Below are positions 21,079 through 30,789 of a stretch of 64,000 bases of DNA, piece by piece. The DNA comes from Candidatus Latescibacterota bacterium (GTDB lineage Bacteria; Latescibacterota; UBA2968). The DNA lies in NCBI GenBank assembly GCA_965204375.1, contig OZ241986.1, positions 3,968,001-4,032,000 on the forward strand, read 5' to 3'. Made by a program: the position numbers and the translations under genes. How positions within the stretch are numbered: the first letter of the stretch is position 1; each line of letters starts with the position of its first letter. The notes beneath the pieces were generated by a model. It made no database searches. It was not told the DNA's origin and was given only the letters and a program-made list of their open reading frames with translations.

Positions 21079-21279
21079 ATGAGCAAGAAAGGCATCTCGC
21101 AAGAACTAATTACAACTCGAGAGGCGGCTGAAAATCTTGGATATACAATTCAGCACACACGCCTGTTGATACGTCGTGGACAAATTGAAGCAACAAAATT
21201 TGGCAGAGATTGGCTGGTCGTGCGCGAATCTGTTGTCGAATATAAGACGGGTGGTGCATCAGACAATCCCGACAAATGA
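21079..21279 (+). CDS. Excisionase-like helix-turn-helix DNA-binding protein
   Basis: LITTREAAENLG...LIRRGQIEATKFGRDWLV pattern; RBS AGGAG. Confidence 0.85.
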   Translation: MSKKGISQELITTREAAENLGYTIQHTRLLIRRGQIEATKFGRDWLVVRESVVEYKTGGASDNPDK

Positions 21280-21316
21280 GCGGGATAGGTCTGATGAAAT
21301 AGAAAGGAAGGGCATC

Positions 21317-21700
21317 ATGGCAACACTTGAAGAAGTCAAAGAGGAAATAGGGCAACTGCGGCTTGAGCACGGCAACAAGTTGACGCATCTTGAGACAGAA
21401 ATTGGGCAACTGCGACTTGAGCAAGACAACAAGTTGACTCGGCTTGAGACAGAAGTCAAAGAAGAAATAGGACAACTTCGGCTTGAACACGGCACCCAAT
21501 TGACGCGGCTTGAGACATTGGTTGAACCCATGCCAGAACAATTAAAAAAAATTGAAGAAAGCCTGAGAGCACTTGAAAGAAGCCATGCCGAGCACAAAGG
21601 CATGGTAGTCGGCGCGAGATGGATTATCGGAGTTGGGCTTGCAGTGCTGGCGGCCTGTGGTGGCGTTGCCGGTGCTGTTGTCAGCCACGTTTTGAAGTAA
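21317..21700 (+). CDS. Coiled-coil repeat protein with C-terminal TM anchor
   Basis: Three EIGQLRLExxxxLTxLET repeats; hydrophobic C-terminus. Confidence 0.75.
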   Translation: MATLEEVKEEIGQLRLEHGNKLTHLETEIGQLRLEQDNKLTRLETEVKEEIGQLRLEHGTQLTRLETLVEPMPEQLKKIEESLRALERSHAEHKGMVVGARWIIGVGLAVLAACGGVAGAVVSHVLK

Positions 21701-21733
21701 CCCATATAAGAGAGAAGCGTACCGAGGTAACAG

Positions 21734-22588
21734 ATGCATACGAGCAACGTAAAAGCACCACCCCTCAAAATTCAAGGCATCAAAACAAAACTCGTTTCAT
21801 TTATTATGCACAATGTGAAATGGGATGGACAAGGAAGGTGGGTTGAACCATTCTTGGGGTCAGGAGTTGTGGCACTAAACGTCAACCCAGAGAAAGCCCT
21901 GCTCGCAGATACGAATGAACACATCATTCACTTCTATCGCGCCATACAAACTGGCGAAATGAATCCTTATGATTTGCGCTGCTTTTTAGAACGAGAAGGT
22001 AGTGAGCTAAAAGAAAAAGGCCAGGACCACTACTATGAACTGCGTGAACGTTTTAATACACATCACTCACCCTTTGACTTTCTCTTTTTGAATCGCGCGT
22101 GTTTTAACGGCATGATGAGATTCAACTCAAAGGGCAAATTTAACGTGCCTTTTTGCAGAAAACCCGAAAGATTTGCTCAGGCTTATATCACCAAAATATG
22201 CAATCAAGTCGCCTGGGCACTTAAAAAAATAAAGGGAAAAAATTGGCACTTCACGGTTCAGGATTGGCGCGACACCCTCAGCCAAATTGAAGATTCAGAT
22301 TTTGTGTACCTCGATCCGCCTTATAATGACAGACATACAGATTATTACAACCAATGGCGCGACAGCGATGCAGATGGGTTGGCACAAGCAGTCAAAAAGT
22401 TAAAGGCTCCTTTTGCCTACTCGACCTGGAAGCAAAATAAATACCGTACAAATGACCACCTGACAAAGCACTTCTCTGATTTTCCCACAGCAACAAAGGC
22501 GCATTTCTACCATGTCGGATCAAAAGAATCGCTCCGCAACGCGATGGAAGAAGCTCTCGTCATGTCACCAGCAGCTTTTGTTTTTTAA
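21734..22588 (+). CDS. Dam-family N6-adenine DNA methyltransferase, M.EcoRV-like
   Basis: PPLKIQGIKTKL, EPFLGSG, FLNRACFNGMMRFNSKG, FAQAYITKI, DPPY and HFYHVG; closely resembles the M.EcoRV sequence as recalled. Confidence 0.88.
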   Translation: MHTSNVKAPPLKIQGIKTKLVSFIMHNVKWDGQGRWVEPFLGSGVVALNVNPEKALLADTNEHIIHFYRAIQTGEMNPYDLRCFLEREGSELKEKGQDHYYELRERFNTHHSPFDFLFLNRACFNGMMRFNSKGKFNVPFCRKPERFAQAYITKICNQVAWALKKIKGKNWHFTVQDWRDTLSQIEDSDFVYLDPPYNDRHTDYYNQWRDSDADGLAQAVKKLKAPFAYSTWKQNKYRTNDHLTKHFSDFPTATKAHFYHVGSKESLRNAMEEALVMSPAAFVF

Positions 22589-22748
22589 TCGGCGCAAAAA
22601 CTCCAGGCCTCAACCGTACCCTCCTTAATTTTATCCTCAGGTAAGACCCATCTCACTTTGCATCTCGCATATTCCCATTCTCCGGGCAGTTCAAGATTTT
22701 CTGGCATGTTCTTTTTGAACTTATTATGGTAAAATACAGTAAACCCTT

Positions 22749-22808
22749 CTGGATCGCGGCTCAGCCCTGCCCCGTAGTGATTTTATACGGGGACCACGCC
22801 GCGATGAC
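22749..22808 (+). repeat. REP-like palindromic element with nested CCCCGTA...TACGGGG palindrome
   Basis: Same outer arms as the 1212 copy, different insert. Confidence 0.8.
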
Positions 22809-22902
22809 AGCTTTGCTGATAGGGTTGATTAATGGTATAAGGTTGATGCATTTTCACACTTCTCACTTCCTACTTCACACTTCCCACAAAACAGGTGCTA
22901 TC

Positions 22903-23721
22903 ATGCCCTTCCAATTCACGGAAAAACACATCGCCGATTACCACACCCTCGGCTACACCATATTCCAAGACATCATACCCACAACCCTACTCACAGACCT
23001 TCGCCGCGTCGCTGACAAAGCCAGAGAAATAGCGCGCAAAGTCACCGGTCCCCAGGCGCAGCGCCTCCAGCCCATAGCCAAATACGACCTCGACCAGCGC
23101 CCCTTCAAAAACTACGGCGAACTGCCAGAACTCAACGACGCCATCCACCGAGTCCTCACCCCGCATCACTACCACGCCGACCTCAACCGCACCGGCATCC
23201 TCCTCGAACCCGCCGAATACCCCTGGTGTACGGACTGGCACCGCGACTGGCGCGATCACATGCCCAGAGAAGTCTTTGAATCCGAATTTCGCGAAGAATG
23301 GCAATGGCAATCCTTCCACATCGACTACCAGAACCAGATCAACTGCGCTCTATACGAAGACCCCGCCACCTGGATCGTACCCGGCAGCCACTATCGCCAG
23401 CGCAACCTCCCCGGTGAAATCGCCGCCAAAAACGCCTATGACCGCGACAAATTCCGCAATCAGAGCCCCGTCTCCAACGAACAACAAGAACGCGACTGCC
23501 TCGCCTACACGCGCAACATGCCCGGCGCTGTACAACTGCGCCTCAACGCGGGCGACTTCGCCCTCTACCGCTCCAGTGCCTGGCATCTTGGCAATTATGT
23601 TCCCTACCGCAAACGCGCCACCATCCACGACTTCTGCGGCACACCTGAATATTCCCAACACATCAACGAACGCGTTGAAAGAAAAGAAACAGCCATCAAA
23701 CGCCTCGCCTCTGCGACATAA
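22903..23721 (+). CDS. Phytanoyl-CoA dioxygenase (PhyH) family protein
   Basis: WHRD, IVPGSH and distal His (AWHLG). Confidence 0.8.
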   Translation: MPFQFTEKHIADYHTLGYTIFQDIIPTTLLTDLRRVADKAREIARKVTGPQAQRLQPIAKYDLDQRPFKNYGELPELNDAIHRVLTPHHYHADLNRTGILLEPAEYPWCTDWHRDWRDHMPREVFESEFREEWQWQSFHIDYQNQINCALYEDPATWIVPGSHYRQRNLPGEIAAKNAYDRDKFRNQSPVSNEQQERDCLAYTRNMPGAVQLRLNAGDFALYRSSAWHLGNYVPYRKRATIHDFCGTPEYSQHINERVERKETAIKRLASAT

Positions 23722-23821
23722 ACATATTATGGACGCGGCATATAACAGTTGTCTTTGAATTTTACTCTTCTTAAATTTAGCAATAATTATACAACATACG
23801 TTCACCTACAGGAGCCACGCT

Positions 23822-24592
23822 ATGCAACTCACACCCGAACAAATACGCGAATTTTACGACCGCGGTTACGTCAAAATACCCGGCGCCATATCAAAAGCCA
23901 TGGTCGATACCGCGCGCCAGGCCGTCAACCACTCAATCGGCACCCTGGGCCCAAACGGCGAAGACATGTCCAAACACCGCGCAGCGCAATTTTGTCGCGA
24001 CTTAAACGGCGCCCCGGTTATCATGGACCTCTTCAACGCCAGCCCGGTCACCTCCCTCGCCGAATCGCTCATGGGAGAAGGCAACTTACAAAAACCCATC
24101 AGAGGCGCGCAAGTCGCCCCGCGATTTCCCAACGTAATCGGCAATATCCCACCCGAACCGCGCGGGCATCTCGACGGCATGGGCACTGGCATGAATGGCA
24201 TGCCAAAAGGCGTGTACCGCCGCGGATTCACGGCCTTCGCCGTCATCTACCTCGCCGACGTACCCGAACCCTACAGCGGCAACTTCACCGTCTGGCCCCA
24301 ATCCCATCGCTTCTTTGAAAACTACCTCAAACGCGAGGGCCTCGAAACACTCTCCAGCGGCACCCCGCGCGTTGACCTGCCCGAAGGCCCGGACATGGTC
24401 ACAGGAAACGCCGGTGACCTCGTCATCGCACACCATCAAATGATACACGGCGCATGCCACAATGCCTCACCCAACATACGCTACGCCGCCATCGCGCGCC
24501 TCCGCCACATTGACTGCGACAAAAATGGCAACGACTGCTTCCAGGACATCTGGCGCGAATTTCCCTGCGTGCGCGAAGCCATCGCAGCGTAA
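23822..24592 (+). CDS. PhyH-family dioxygenase
   Basis: LTPEQIREFYDRGY, HLDG, VWPQSH and IHG motifs. Confidence 0.85.
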   Translation: MQLTPEQIREFYDRGYVKIPGAISKAMVDTARQAVNHSIGTLGPNGEDMSKHRAAQFCRDLNGAPVIMDLFNASPVTSLAESLMGEGNLQKPIRGAQVAPRFPNVIGNIPPEPRGHLDGMGTGMNGMPKGVYRRGFTAFAVIYLADVPEPYSGNFTVWPQSHRFFENYLKREGLETLSSGTPRVDLPEGPDMVTGNAGDLVIAHHQMIHGACHNASPNIRYAAIARLRHIDCDKNGNDCFQDIWREFPCVREAIAA

Positions 24593-24617
24593 ACCATCTC
24601 ACCGGGGGAATAACACC

Positions 24618-25379
24618 ATGTTAAATCAGGCACAAAAACGCCAATTCGCCGAAGAAGGCTACCTCAAAATCCCGGGAGCTGTCCCCAAAAACATGATCGA
24701 AACGTCTCTTCGCGCCGTCAATCATTCCATCGGCAACGTGGGCATTGGCGGCGAAGACCTCTCCAGACACCGCTCCGGATTCTTTTGCGCCGAGCTTCTG
24801 GACGCGCCCTTCATCCTCGACATGTACAACAAAACCCTGGTCATGCAAATAGCCGAATCCCTCATGGGCAAAGGCAACGTCCTCCCCGTTGAACGCGCCA
24901 AAACCTATCCGCGCTTCCCTCTCCCCCTCGGTCAGGAACCATCGCCACCGCGCGGACACATCGACGGCATTGGCAGCGGCACCAACGGCACAGCCAAAGG
25001 CGATTACAAACGCTCATTCACCGCCTTCGCCGTTGTCTATCTCGTCGATGTACCCGAACCCTACAGCGGCAACTTCACCGTCTGGCCCCAATCCCATCGC
25101 TTCTTTGCCGACTACTTTACAAAACACGGCCACGAAGTACTCGCCAACGGCATGCCCCGGCCCGACCTGCCCAAAGATCCCATCATGATCACCGGCAACG
25201 CGGGCGACCTCATCCTCGCACACCACCAGGTCGTTCACGGAGCCTGTCTCAACGCATCGCCCAACGTGCGCCTCGCCACCATCACCCGCCTCAAGCATAA
25301 ACATGCCGACGAAATCGGCAAAGACGCGTACACGGATATCTGGCGAGAATGGTCTGGTGTTCGCGAGGTCCTATCGTAA
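24618..25379 (+). CDS. PhyH-family dioxygenase (paralog of the preceding gene)
   Basis: HIDG, VWPQSH and VHG motifs. Confidence 0.85.
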   Translation: MLNQAQKRQFAEEGYLKIPGAVPKNMIETSLRAVNHSIGNVGIGGEDLSRHRSGFFCAELLDAPFILDMYNKTLVMQIAESLMGKGNVLPVERAKTYPRFPLPLGQEPSPPRGHIDGIGSGTNGTAKGDYKRSFTAFAVVYLVDVPEPYSGNFTVWPQSHRFFADYFTKHGHEVLANGMPRPDLPKDPIMITGNAGDLILAHHQVVHGACLNASPNVRLATITRLKHKHADEIGKDAYTDIWREWSGVREVLS

Positions 25380-25387
25380 AATTCACC

Positions 25388-26170
25388 ATGTCCATCACCA
25401 TCACCGAAGCGCAAAAACAACAATACAAAGACGAAGGCTATTTCATCCTCGAAGCCGTCATACCCGAACACCACCTCGAACTCCTACGAGACGAATGCCA
25501 GACCTTCATCGACACCATGCACGCGCGCATGGATGAACAGGGTACGGACACCATCGGCATCAACCACCGCAACAAACGCTACTTCGTCTCCAACTGCTTT
25601 CGCCAGCAACCCAAACTTCGCACCTTCCTCTTCAGCGATCTCATGGCCAAAATATGCCGTGCCACCCTCGGCGACAACGCGTACCTCTTCTGGGAACAAT
25701 ACGTCGTCAAAGGCGCGGAAACCGGCATGAAATTCTCATGGCATCAGGACTCGGGCTATGTCGGTTATCCCGACCACAAACCGTATCTCACCTGCTGGTG
25801 TGCGCTTGACGACATGAACGAAGAAAACGGCACCATCCACCTCCTGCCCTATTCGCGCAGCGGCATTCGCTCGTGGGTACACCACATCGTCGAAGAAGGC
25901 AGCAATGACAAAGTCGGCTACTTTGGCAAAGACCCCGGCCTCATTGCAGAAGTACCCGCAGGCAGCATTGTCGCCTTCTCCAGCATCGTCTTCCACAGCA
26001 GCAGCACCAACACCACCCCAAAACTGCGCCGCGCTTACCTGGGCCAATACTCCTGCGAACCCATCCTATCATCCGACGGCAGCAAACTCTGGGGCAACGC
26101 CGAACCCTTCCTCCGCAATGGCAAATCCACAGTCGGTGAACCCCCACCCGACTTGCCGCTCGACGACTAA
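25388..26170 (+). CDS. PhyH-family dioxygenase
   Basis: WHQD, WCALDD..EENG and FHSS motifs. Confidence 0.9.
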   Translation: MSITITEAQKQQYKDEGYFILEAVIPEHHLELLRDECQTFIDTMHARMDEQGTDTIGINHRNKRYFVSNCFRQQPKLRTFLFSDLMAKICRATLGDNAYLFWEQYVVKGAETGMKFSWHQDSGYVGYPDHKPYLTCWCALDDMNEENGTIHLLPYSRSGIRSWVHHIVEEGSNDKVGYFGKDPGLIAEVPAGSIVAFSSIVFHSSSTNTTPKLRRAYLGQYSCEPILSSDGSKLWGNAEPFLRNGKSTVGEPPPDLPLDD

Positions 26171-27498
26171 AACTCGCGCCACCAGTACGGATTGGACATC
26201 TCCCCCGGATGAGTGGAATGAACCAATTCGTAAAATCCCGTACCCCGCCGATCTCTAAACACAAATTCGTAGCGCCGCGCGGTCTCGTAAAACCACACCT
26301 CCGAAGGCTTCTGACCCGCAGCAGAAGTCCGATAATCAATATCATCGGGCGGCCCGTATTGAATATAAACCCGTCCCCGGTCCGTATCCGATCCCCGCTG
26401 CCATCTGCCAATCCCAAAATGCGTCTCCACATAATGCACACGCATCAAATGCTGAAGCAGGCGCTCATTAGTCGGCGTATCGGGCGCGTCGTCCAACTGC
26501 TTCCAGAAAACCTTCAAAAACGCCAGCCTGGCGGGCCAGCTCTCCAGCGCGTCATAAGACCGCCGCGTCTTCTCATCGGCGACATACCGGATATCTGCAT
26601 AATACCGGATCAAATCCCTCTGCACCTGCGTAAGCCCTTCGGGCAAATCTTTTGAAACCAGAAAAATGGGACGCCTCGTCTGAAAATACTGCCGACTACT
26701 CCCATCAAACGCCTCCACCTGAAGATCATAAGTACCCTCCCGCAAACCCTCTGTATCCAGAACCTCCGCCCTCACACAACTCTCCCCTGGCTTTAAAAAC
26801 CGCTTCGCGGGATAAGTACGCACAACCATCCCCTCCGCATCGATCAGACGGTACCCCATAATAAAACTCTCTCCCGACAACGACAGATTATACACCTCAA
26901 AATAAATCTGCAGCGGCTCTCCGATAACATAATTTCGGGTAATATTCGGCACGACCTTCCAGCCCTGCTTGACAAACCGATGCACCTCCCCGCTTCGCGC
27001 CACATGAGAAGATAGTTGCAAATCGCTAAACACCAATCCCACGCGACGCTCGTAATCCGGTATCTGAAGCGACGCAGTACAACGCCCGCTCTCCTCCGCA
27101 TGGATATCCTTAATCTGCACAATCAGCCGATAATCTCCCGGCTTCAAATCAAAATAAACCGCATCCTTAAACGGCGCCCCGATCCCCACATCCAGCTCTG
27201 GAACAGCAACCTGCTGAACCCATGTCCGATGAGCCACCCGATTATCCAGCGTATCCAGCACCACAGCAACCAGAGAAATCTTCCCAACAGACTCCCCCGC
27301 CTGTTCTCGAAGCTCGAGCTGGCTCGCATCCAGCAACAAAGCCACCTCCTGGCGAGTATAACCTTCAGGACCCCGAAAAGCTGACAAATCGACAAAAAAA
27401 CGCAGGTTGCCCGTACTCGACAAAGGCAAATCCTGCGCTATTATGCCACCCGCCTGCGACCAGATGAGCAGCACCGCGACACAACGTATCCATCTCAT
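26167..27498 (-). CDS. GWxTD-domain-containing exported protein
   Basis: Signal peptide; FWKQLD..TPTNE and GSDTDRGRVYIQYGPPD motifs. Confidence 0.85.
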   Translation of the reverse strand: MRWIRCVAVLLIWSQAGGIIAQDLPLSSTGNLRFFVDLSAFRGPEGYTRQEVALLLDASQLELREQAGESVGKISLVAVVLDTLDNRVAHRTWVQQVAVPELDVGIGAPFKDAVYFDLKPGDYRLIVQIKDIHAEESGRCTASLQIPDYERRVGLVFSDLQLSSHVARSGEVHRFVKQGWKVVPNITRNYVIGEPLQIYFEVYNLSLSGESFIMGYRLIDAEGMVVRTYPAKRFLKPGESCVRAEVLDTEGLREGTYDLQVEAFDGSSRQYFQTRRPIFLVSKDLPEGLTQVQRDLIRYYADIRYVADEKTRRSYDALESWPARLAFLKVFWKQLDDAPDTPTNERLLQHLMRVHYVETHFGIGRWQRGSDTDRGRVYIQYGPPDDIDYRTSAAGQKPSEVWFYETARRYEFVFRDRRGTGFYELVHSTHPGEMSNPYWWREF

Positions 27499-27534
27499 GG
27501 CGTATTTTCCTGTCAGAATCAGGATTTTCAGGAT

Positions 27535-28323
27535 TTAAGGATTTTCAGAATTCCACACCTCACAGCCCCTAAACAGCATAGTCTTACCCGGAACATATCG
27601 CGGGCGCGCCGCATACACATTCGCAACATCCGGAGAGGCTTTGCCGCGCACGAGAATATTCTCGTGATCTTCTCTATTCACCCATGTCGTCGTGGGAATA
27701 TACCGCAACGTGAGACCAACGCGCCACTGGTCTGAAGTATTGGCATTGGAACCGTGGATAATATTCGGATTGTGGATCGAAACATCGCCCGCATCAAGCT
27801 CCAGATCAACCGCATCAGAATCGTCAATCTGATCCGGATGAATCCCCACGCCGAGCACGTATTTTTTCTGGTCCAGATCAATGAGATCGCGGCGCTTGAG
27901 CAAATGCTTATTATGCGTTCCCGGCAACACCCGCATACAGCCATTTTCAACCGTCGAAGGCGTCCCCGCAACCCACAAAGTCGTCACCTCCATCGGCTCG
28001 AGGGGCCAATAAGACCCGTCTTGATGCCACTGCACAGCCTGACCATCGCCCGGGGGTTTGGCGATATAATGTGCGGCAAACATCGCGACATCGGACCCGA
28101 GAAACTGTTCCGCAATATCCACAAGACGTTCATCCCCCACGAGCCGGTGCATAAAAGGATCGCGGGCGAGCAAATGGTGATGCAAACGCTCGGGACGCAC
28201 GCCGGGATTCCTCTCGATAAGCCAGTGGACGTGTTGCACCGTCTCCTCTGCGAGCGCCGCATCAATAGCCTTACGCGCAATAACATAGCCATTTTGATCG
28301 TATTCACTACGCAAATTATTCAT
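27535..28323 (-). CDS. PhyH-family dioxygenase
   Basis: WHQDGSYW, ENGCMRVLPGTH and HGSNAN motifs. Confidence 0.9.
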   Translation of the reverse strand: MNNLRSEYDQNGYVIARKAIDAALAEETVQHVHWLIERNPGVRPERLHHHLLARDPFMHRLVGDERLVDIAEQFLGSDVAMFAAHYIAKPPGDGQAVQWHQDGSYWPLEPMEVTTLWVAGTPSTVENGCMRVLPGTHNKHLLKRRDLIDLDQKKYVLGVGIHPDQIDDSDAVDLELDAGDVSIHNPNIIHGSNANTSDQWRVGLTLRYIPTTTWVNREDHENILVRGKASPDVANVYAARPRYVPGKTMLFRGCEVWNSENP

Positions 28324-28324
28324 A

Positions 28325-29782
28325 TCACCCCGACCTGATCTCTCGCAACCGATCCGCCATCCGCTCGGCAACATTGGGATGGATTGACGCCACATTCTCA
28401 ATCTGCCCAATATCGCCCGAAAGATTATAGAGTTGCGGAACAGGGGAATTGCCAGTCTCAATATTCACATTCGTATTCACAGGCGGACCCTGGTGCGGCG
28501 GAATAAACACCCAATCTCCCTGCCGCAAAACGGTCTTTGCCTGAACACCCTCCAGAACGATCTCCGCACGACCCTCATCGCTTTGCCCCAGCAGAGCATC
28601 GAGAACATCCACGCTATCGGGACCTGCATCCGCATCCAGCGAAACACCTGCAAGAGCGGCAAAAGACGCAAAAAAATCGACCTGACTGACCAGCGCCTCA
28701 GATTCCCCGATCTCCACATTACCGGGCCAGGAAACGATAAAAGGCACGCGAGTACCCCCATCGTACATACTGTATTTTCCCCCGCGCAACGGACCTGCTG
28801 GCCGGTGATCGCCGCACAACTCAACCGCCTCATCGTAATAACCATCATTCAGCACCGGACCATTATCGCTGGAAAAAACCACAATCGTATCTTCTTTTAA
28901 ACCACATCGTTCAAGCGCATTGAGCATCTCGCCAACACACCAGTCCATCTCGGCAATCGCATCGCCGCGCGGACCCAATCCAGTGCTCCCCACAAATCTG
29001 GGATGGGGCAAACGCGGAACATGGGGCTGGTGGAACGCGTAATACAGGAAAAAAGGACCATCCTTGTTCTCTTCCACAAATGAAACGGCCTTATCCAAAA
29101 ACACATCGGCCATATCTTCATCCACCCAAAGAGCAGCCTCGCCCCCTCTCATATACCCGATCCGACTCACCCCATTGACAATACTCATATCGTGCCCGTG
29201 GTGGAACATCATCTTCAGCAACTCGGGATTGTCCTTCCCGGTCGGCAAACCCGGAAACGGCTTATTCTTATCGTACTCCACCTCAATCGGATCGGACGGA
29301 TCGAGACCCACCACATCTCTGCCATCCAGATACACACAGGGCACGCGATCATTGGTCGCAGCCATAATAAAGGACTCGTCAAAACCAATATCCAGAGGTG
29401 TCAGCGGAAGCGGCTCATTCCAATTTTGATACCCCTCGCCAATACCCAGATGCCATTTGCCAACAACACCCGTTGTATAACCCGCCTCCTTGAGCACAGA
29501 AGGCAACGTAGCAGTATCGGGATCTATAATAAGTGGCGCATCGCCGGGCAAAATATGCGCGCGTTCATTGCGCCAGGAATAAGACCCCGTAAGCAAGCTA
29601 TAGCGCGAAGGCGTACACGTCGCCGCCGTGGCATACCCCTGATAAAACATCAAACCTTCAGAAGCCAAACGATCAATATTGGGCGTATCGAGCACCGTAG
29701 CACCGTAACAACTCACATCTCCAAAACCGAGATCATCCGCGTACATAACAACAATATTGGGGTGCCTTGCCGAATCCGTCAT
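28325..29782 (-). CDS. Arylsulfatase (formylglycine-dependent)
   Basis: DDLG, CTPSR, GKWHLG and SDNGP motifs. Confidence 0.93.
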   Translation of the reverse strand: MTDSARHPNIVVMYADDLGFGDVSCYGATVLDTPNIDRLASEGLMFYQGYATAATCTPSRYSLLTGSYSWRNERAHILPGDAPLIIDPDTATLPSVLKEAGYTTGVVGKWHLGIGEGYQNWNEPLPLTPLDIGFDESFIMAATNDRVPCVYLDGRDVVGLDPSDPIEVEYDKNKPFPGLPTGKDNPELLKMMFHHGHDMSIVNGVSRIGYMRGGEAALWVDEDMADVFLDKAVSFVEENKDGPFFLYYAFHQPHVPRLPHPRFVGSTGLGPRGDAIAEMDWCVGEMLNALERCGLKEDTIVVFSSDNGPVLNDGYYDEAVELCGDHRPAGPLRGGKYSMYDGGTRVPFIVSWPGNVEIGESEALVSQVDFFASFAALAGVSLDADAGPDSVDVLDALLGQSDEGRAEIVLEGVQAKTVLRQGDWVFIPPHQGPPVNTNVNIETGNSPVPQLYNLSGDIGQIENVASIHPNVAERMADRLREIRSG

Positions 29783-29919
29783 ATTTTTTTTATCCTTTCT
29801 AATAGAACTACTGGCGCAATTGTATCCCGTTGCGTACATTACGGGTTCGCAATATAGGACGTTATCCAAACCGCAAGCAAGCGGAAATACTTGCCACACT
29901 CATTGAACAAGGAGAATAT

Positions 29920-30696
29920 ATGATTACTCGACTAACGATTCTCGCGGTATTGCTGAGCACAATGGCCCAGGCGGAAACCAATCCCCCAGCCGAAGGATTC
30001 AACCAGTCAGAATCAGATACAAAAGCAATTGAAATTGCCGATGCAGTCATGGAAAAAATGGGCGGATGGGAAAATTGGAATCAGACCCGATACATCACAT
30101 GGCGTTTCTTTGGACGGCGTCTGCACGTATGGGACAAATGGACGGGCAACCTGCGGCATGAAGACGGGGACATGCTCATCTTGACGAACATAAACACCAA
30201 AAAAGGCCGCGTCTGGTTCGGCGGAACAGAGCAAACAAACCCCGACTCTGTAAAAAAATATATGAATCAGGGTTACAGGCGATGGATCAACGACTCCTAC
30301 TGGCTCGTCATGCCCTATAAATTGAAAGACACGGGCGTCACCTTAAAATACAGCGGCGAAGACAAAACCCTGGAGGACCGCCCCGCACACAAATTAACTC
30401 TCACCTTTCAAAACACCGGCGTCACGCCGCGAAACAAATACGATGTATGGGTAGATAAAGAGCACAACCTGGTCACAGAATGGGCATTTTATCGCAACGC
30501 ATCGGACGCAGAACCGCGATTCCGCAGCCCGTGGACAAACTGGACAAAACACGGCAACATCCTGCTCTCCGACGGACGCGGGTCAACGCGCAGAGGCGAA
30601 CGCAAGCATACGGATATAGCCGTCTTTGATATATTGCCAGCCTCGGTATTTGAAAGCCCCGACCCCGTAGATATGATGGCATTGAAGAATCGGTAG
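29920..30696 (+). CDS. Exported hypothetical protein (DUF6503-like by recollection)
   Basis: Signal peptide; MGGWENW, WINDSYWLVMPYKLKD and GVTPRNKY motifs. Confidence 0.7.
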   Translation: MITRLTILAVLLSTMAQAETNPPAEGFNQSESDTKAIEIADAVMEKMGGWENWNQTRYITWRFFGRRLHVWDKWTGNLRHEDGDMLILTNINTKKGRVWFGGTEQTNPDSVKKYMNQGYRRWINDSYWLVMPYKLKDTGVTLKYSGEDKTLEDRPAHKLTLTFQNTGVTPRNKYDVWVDKEHNLVTEWAFYRNASDAEPRFRSPWTNWTKHGNILLSDGRGSTRRGERKHTDIAVFDILPASVFESPDPVDMMALKNR

Positions 30697-30789
30697 TATC
30701 CGCAGATGGACGCAGATAGACACAGATGAAATATGAGCTACTGTCAAGGTGTAAAGCGCAGTACTGAGTTATGAAGCATCAATGTAAAT

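Noticed and set aside
21317-21520. Repeats in the coiled-coil gene as a CRISPR or DGR repeat
   Set aside because: In-frame coding repeats; no spacers and no reverse transcriptase
21079-22588. Prophage remnant suggested by the excisionase-like HTH and Dam-like methyltransferase
   Set aside because: No integrase, structural genes or att repeats seen
22726-22902. N-terminal extensions of ORF-track calls (e.g. 22726, 8338, 17530, 21176, 24462, 45743)
   Set aside because: They run through repeats or neighbouring genes; downstream starts with an RBS or family-typical N-termini were preferred
24260-25107. Identical tract as a DGR template/variable repeat pair
   Set aside because: No adenine-specific mismatches and no reverse transcriptase in the window
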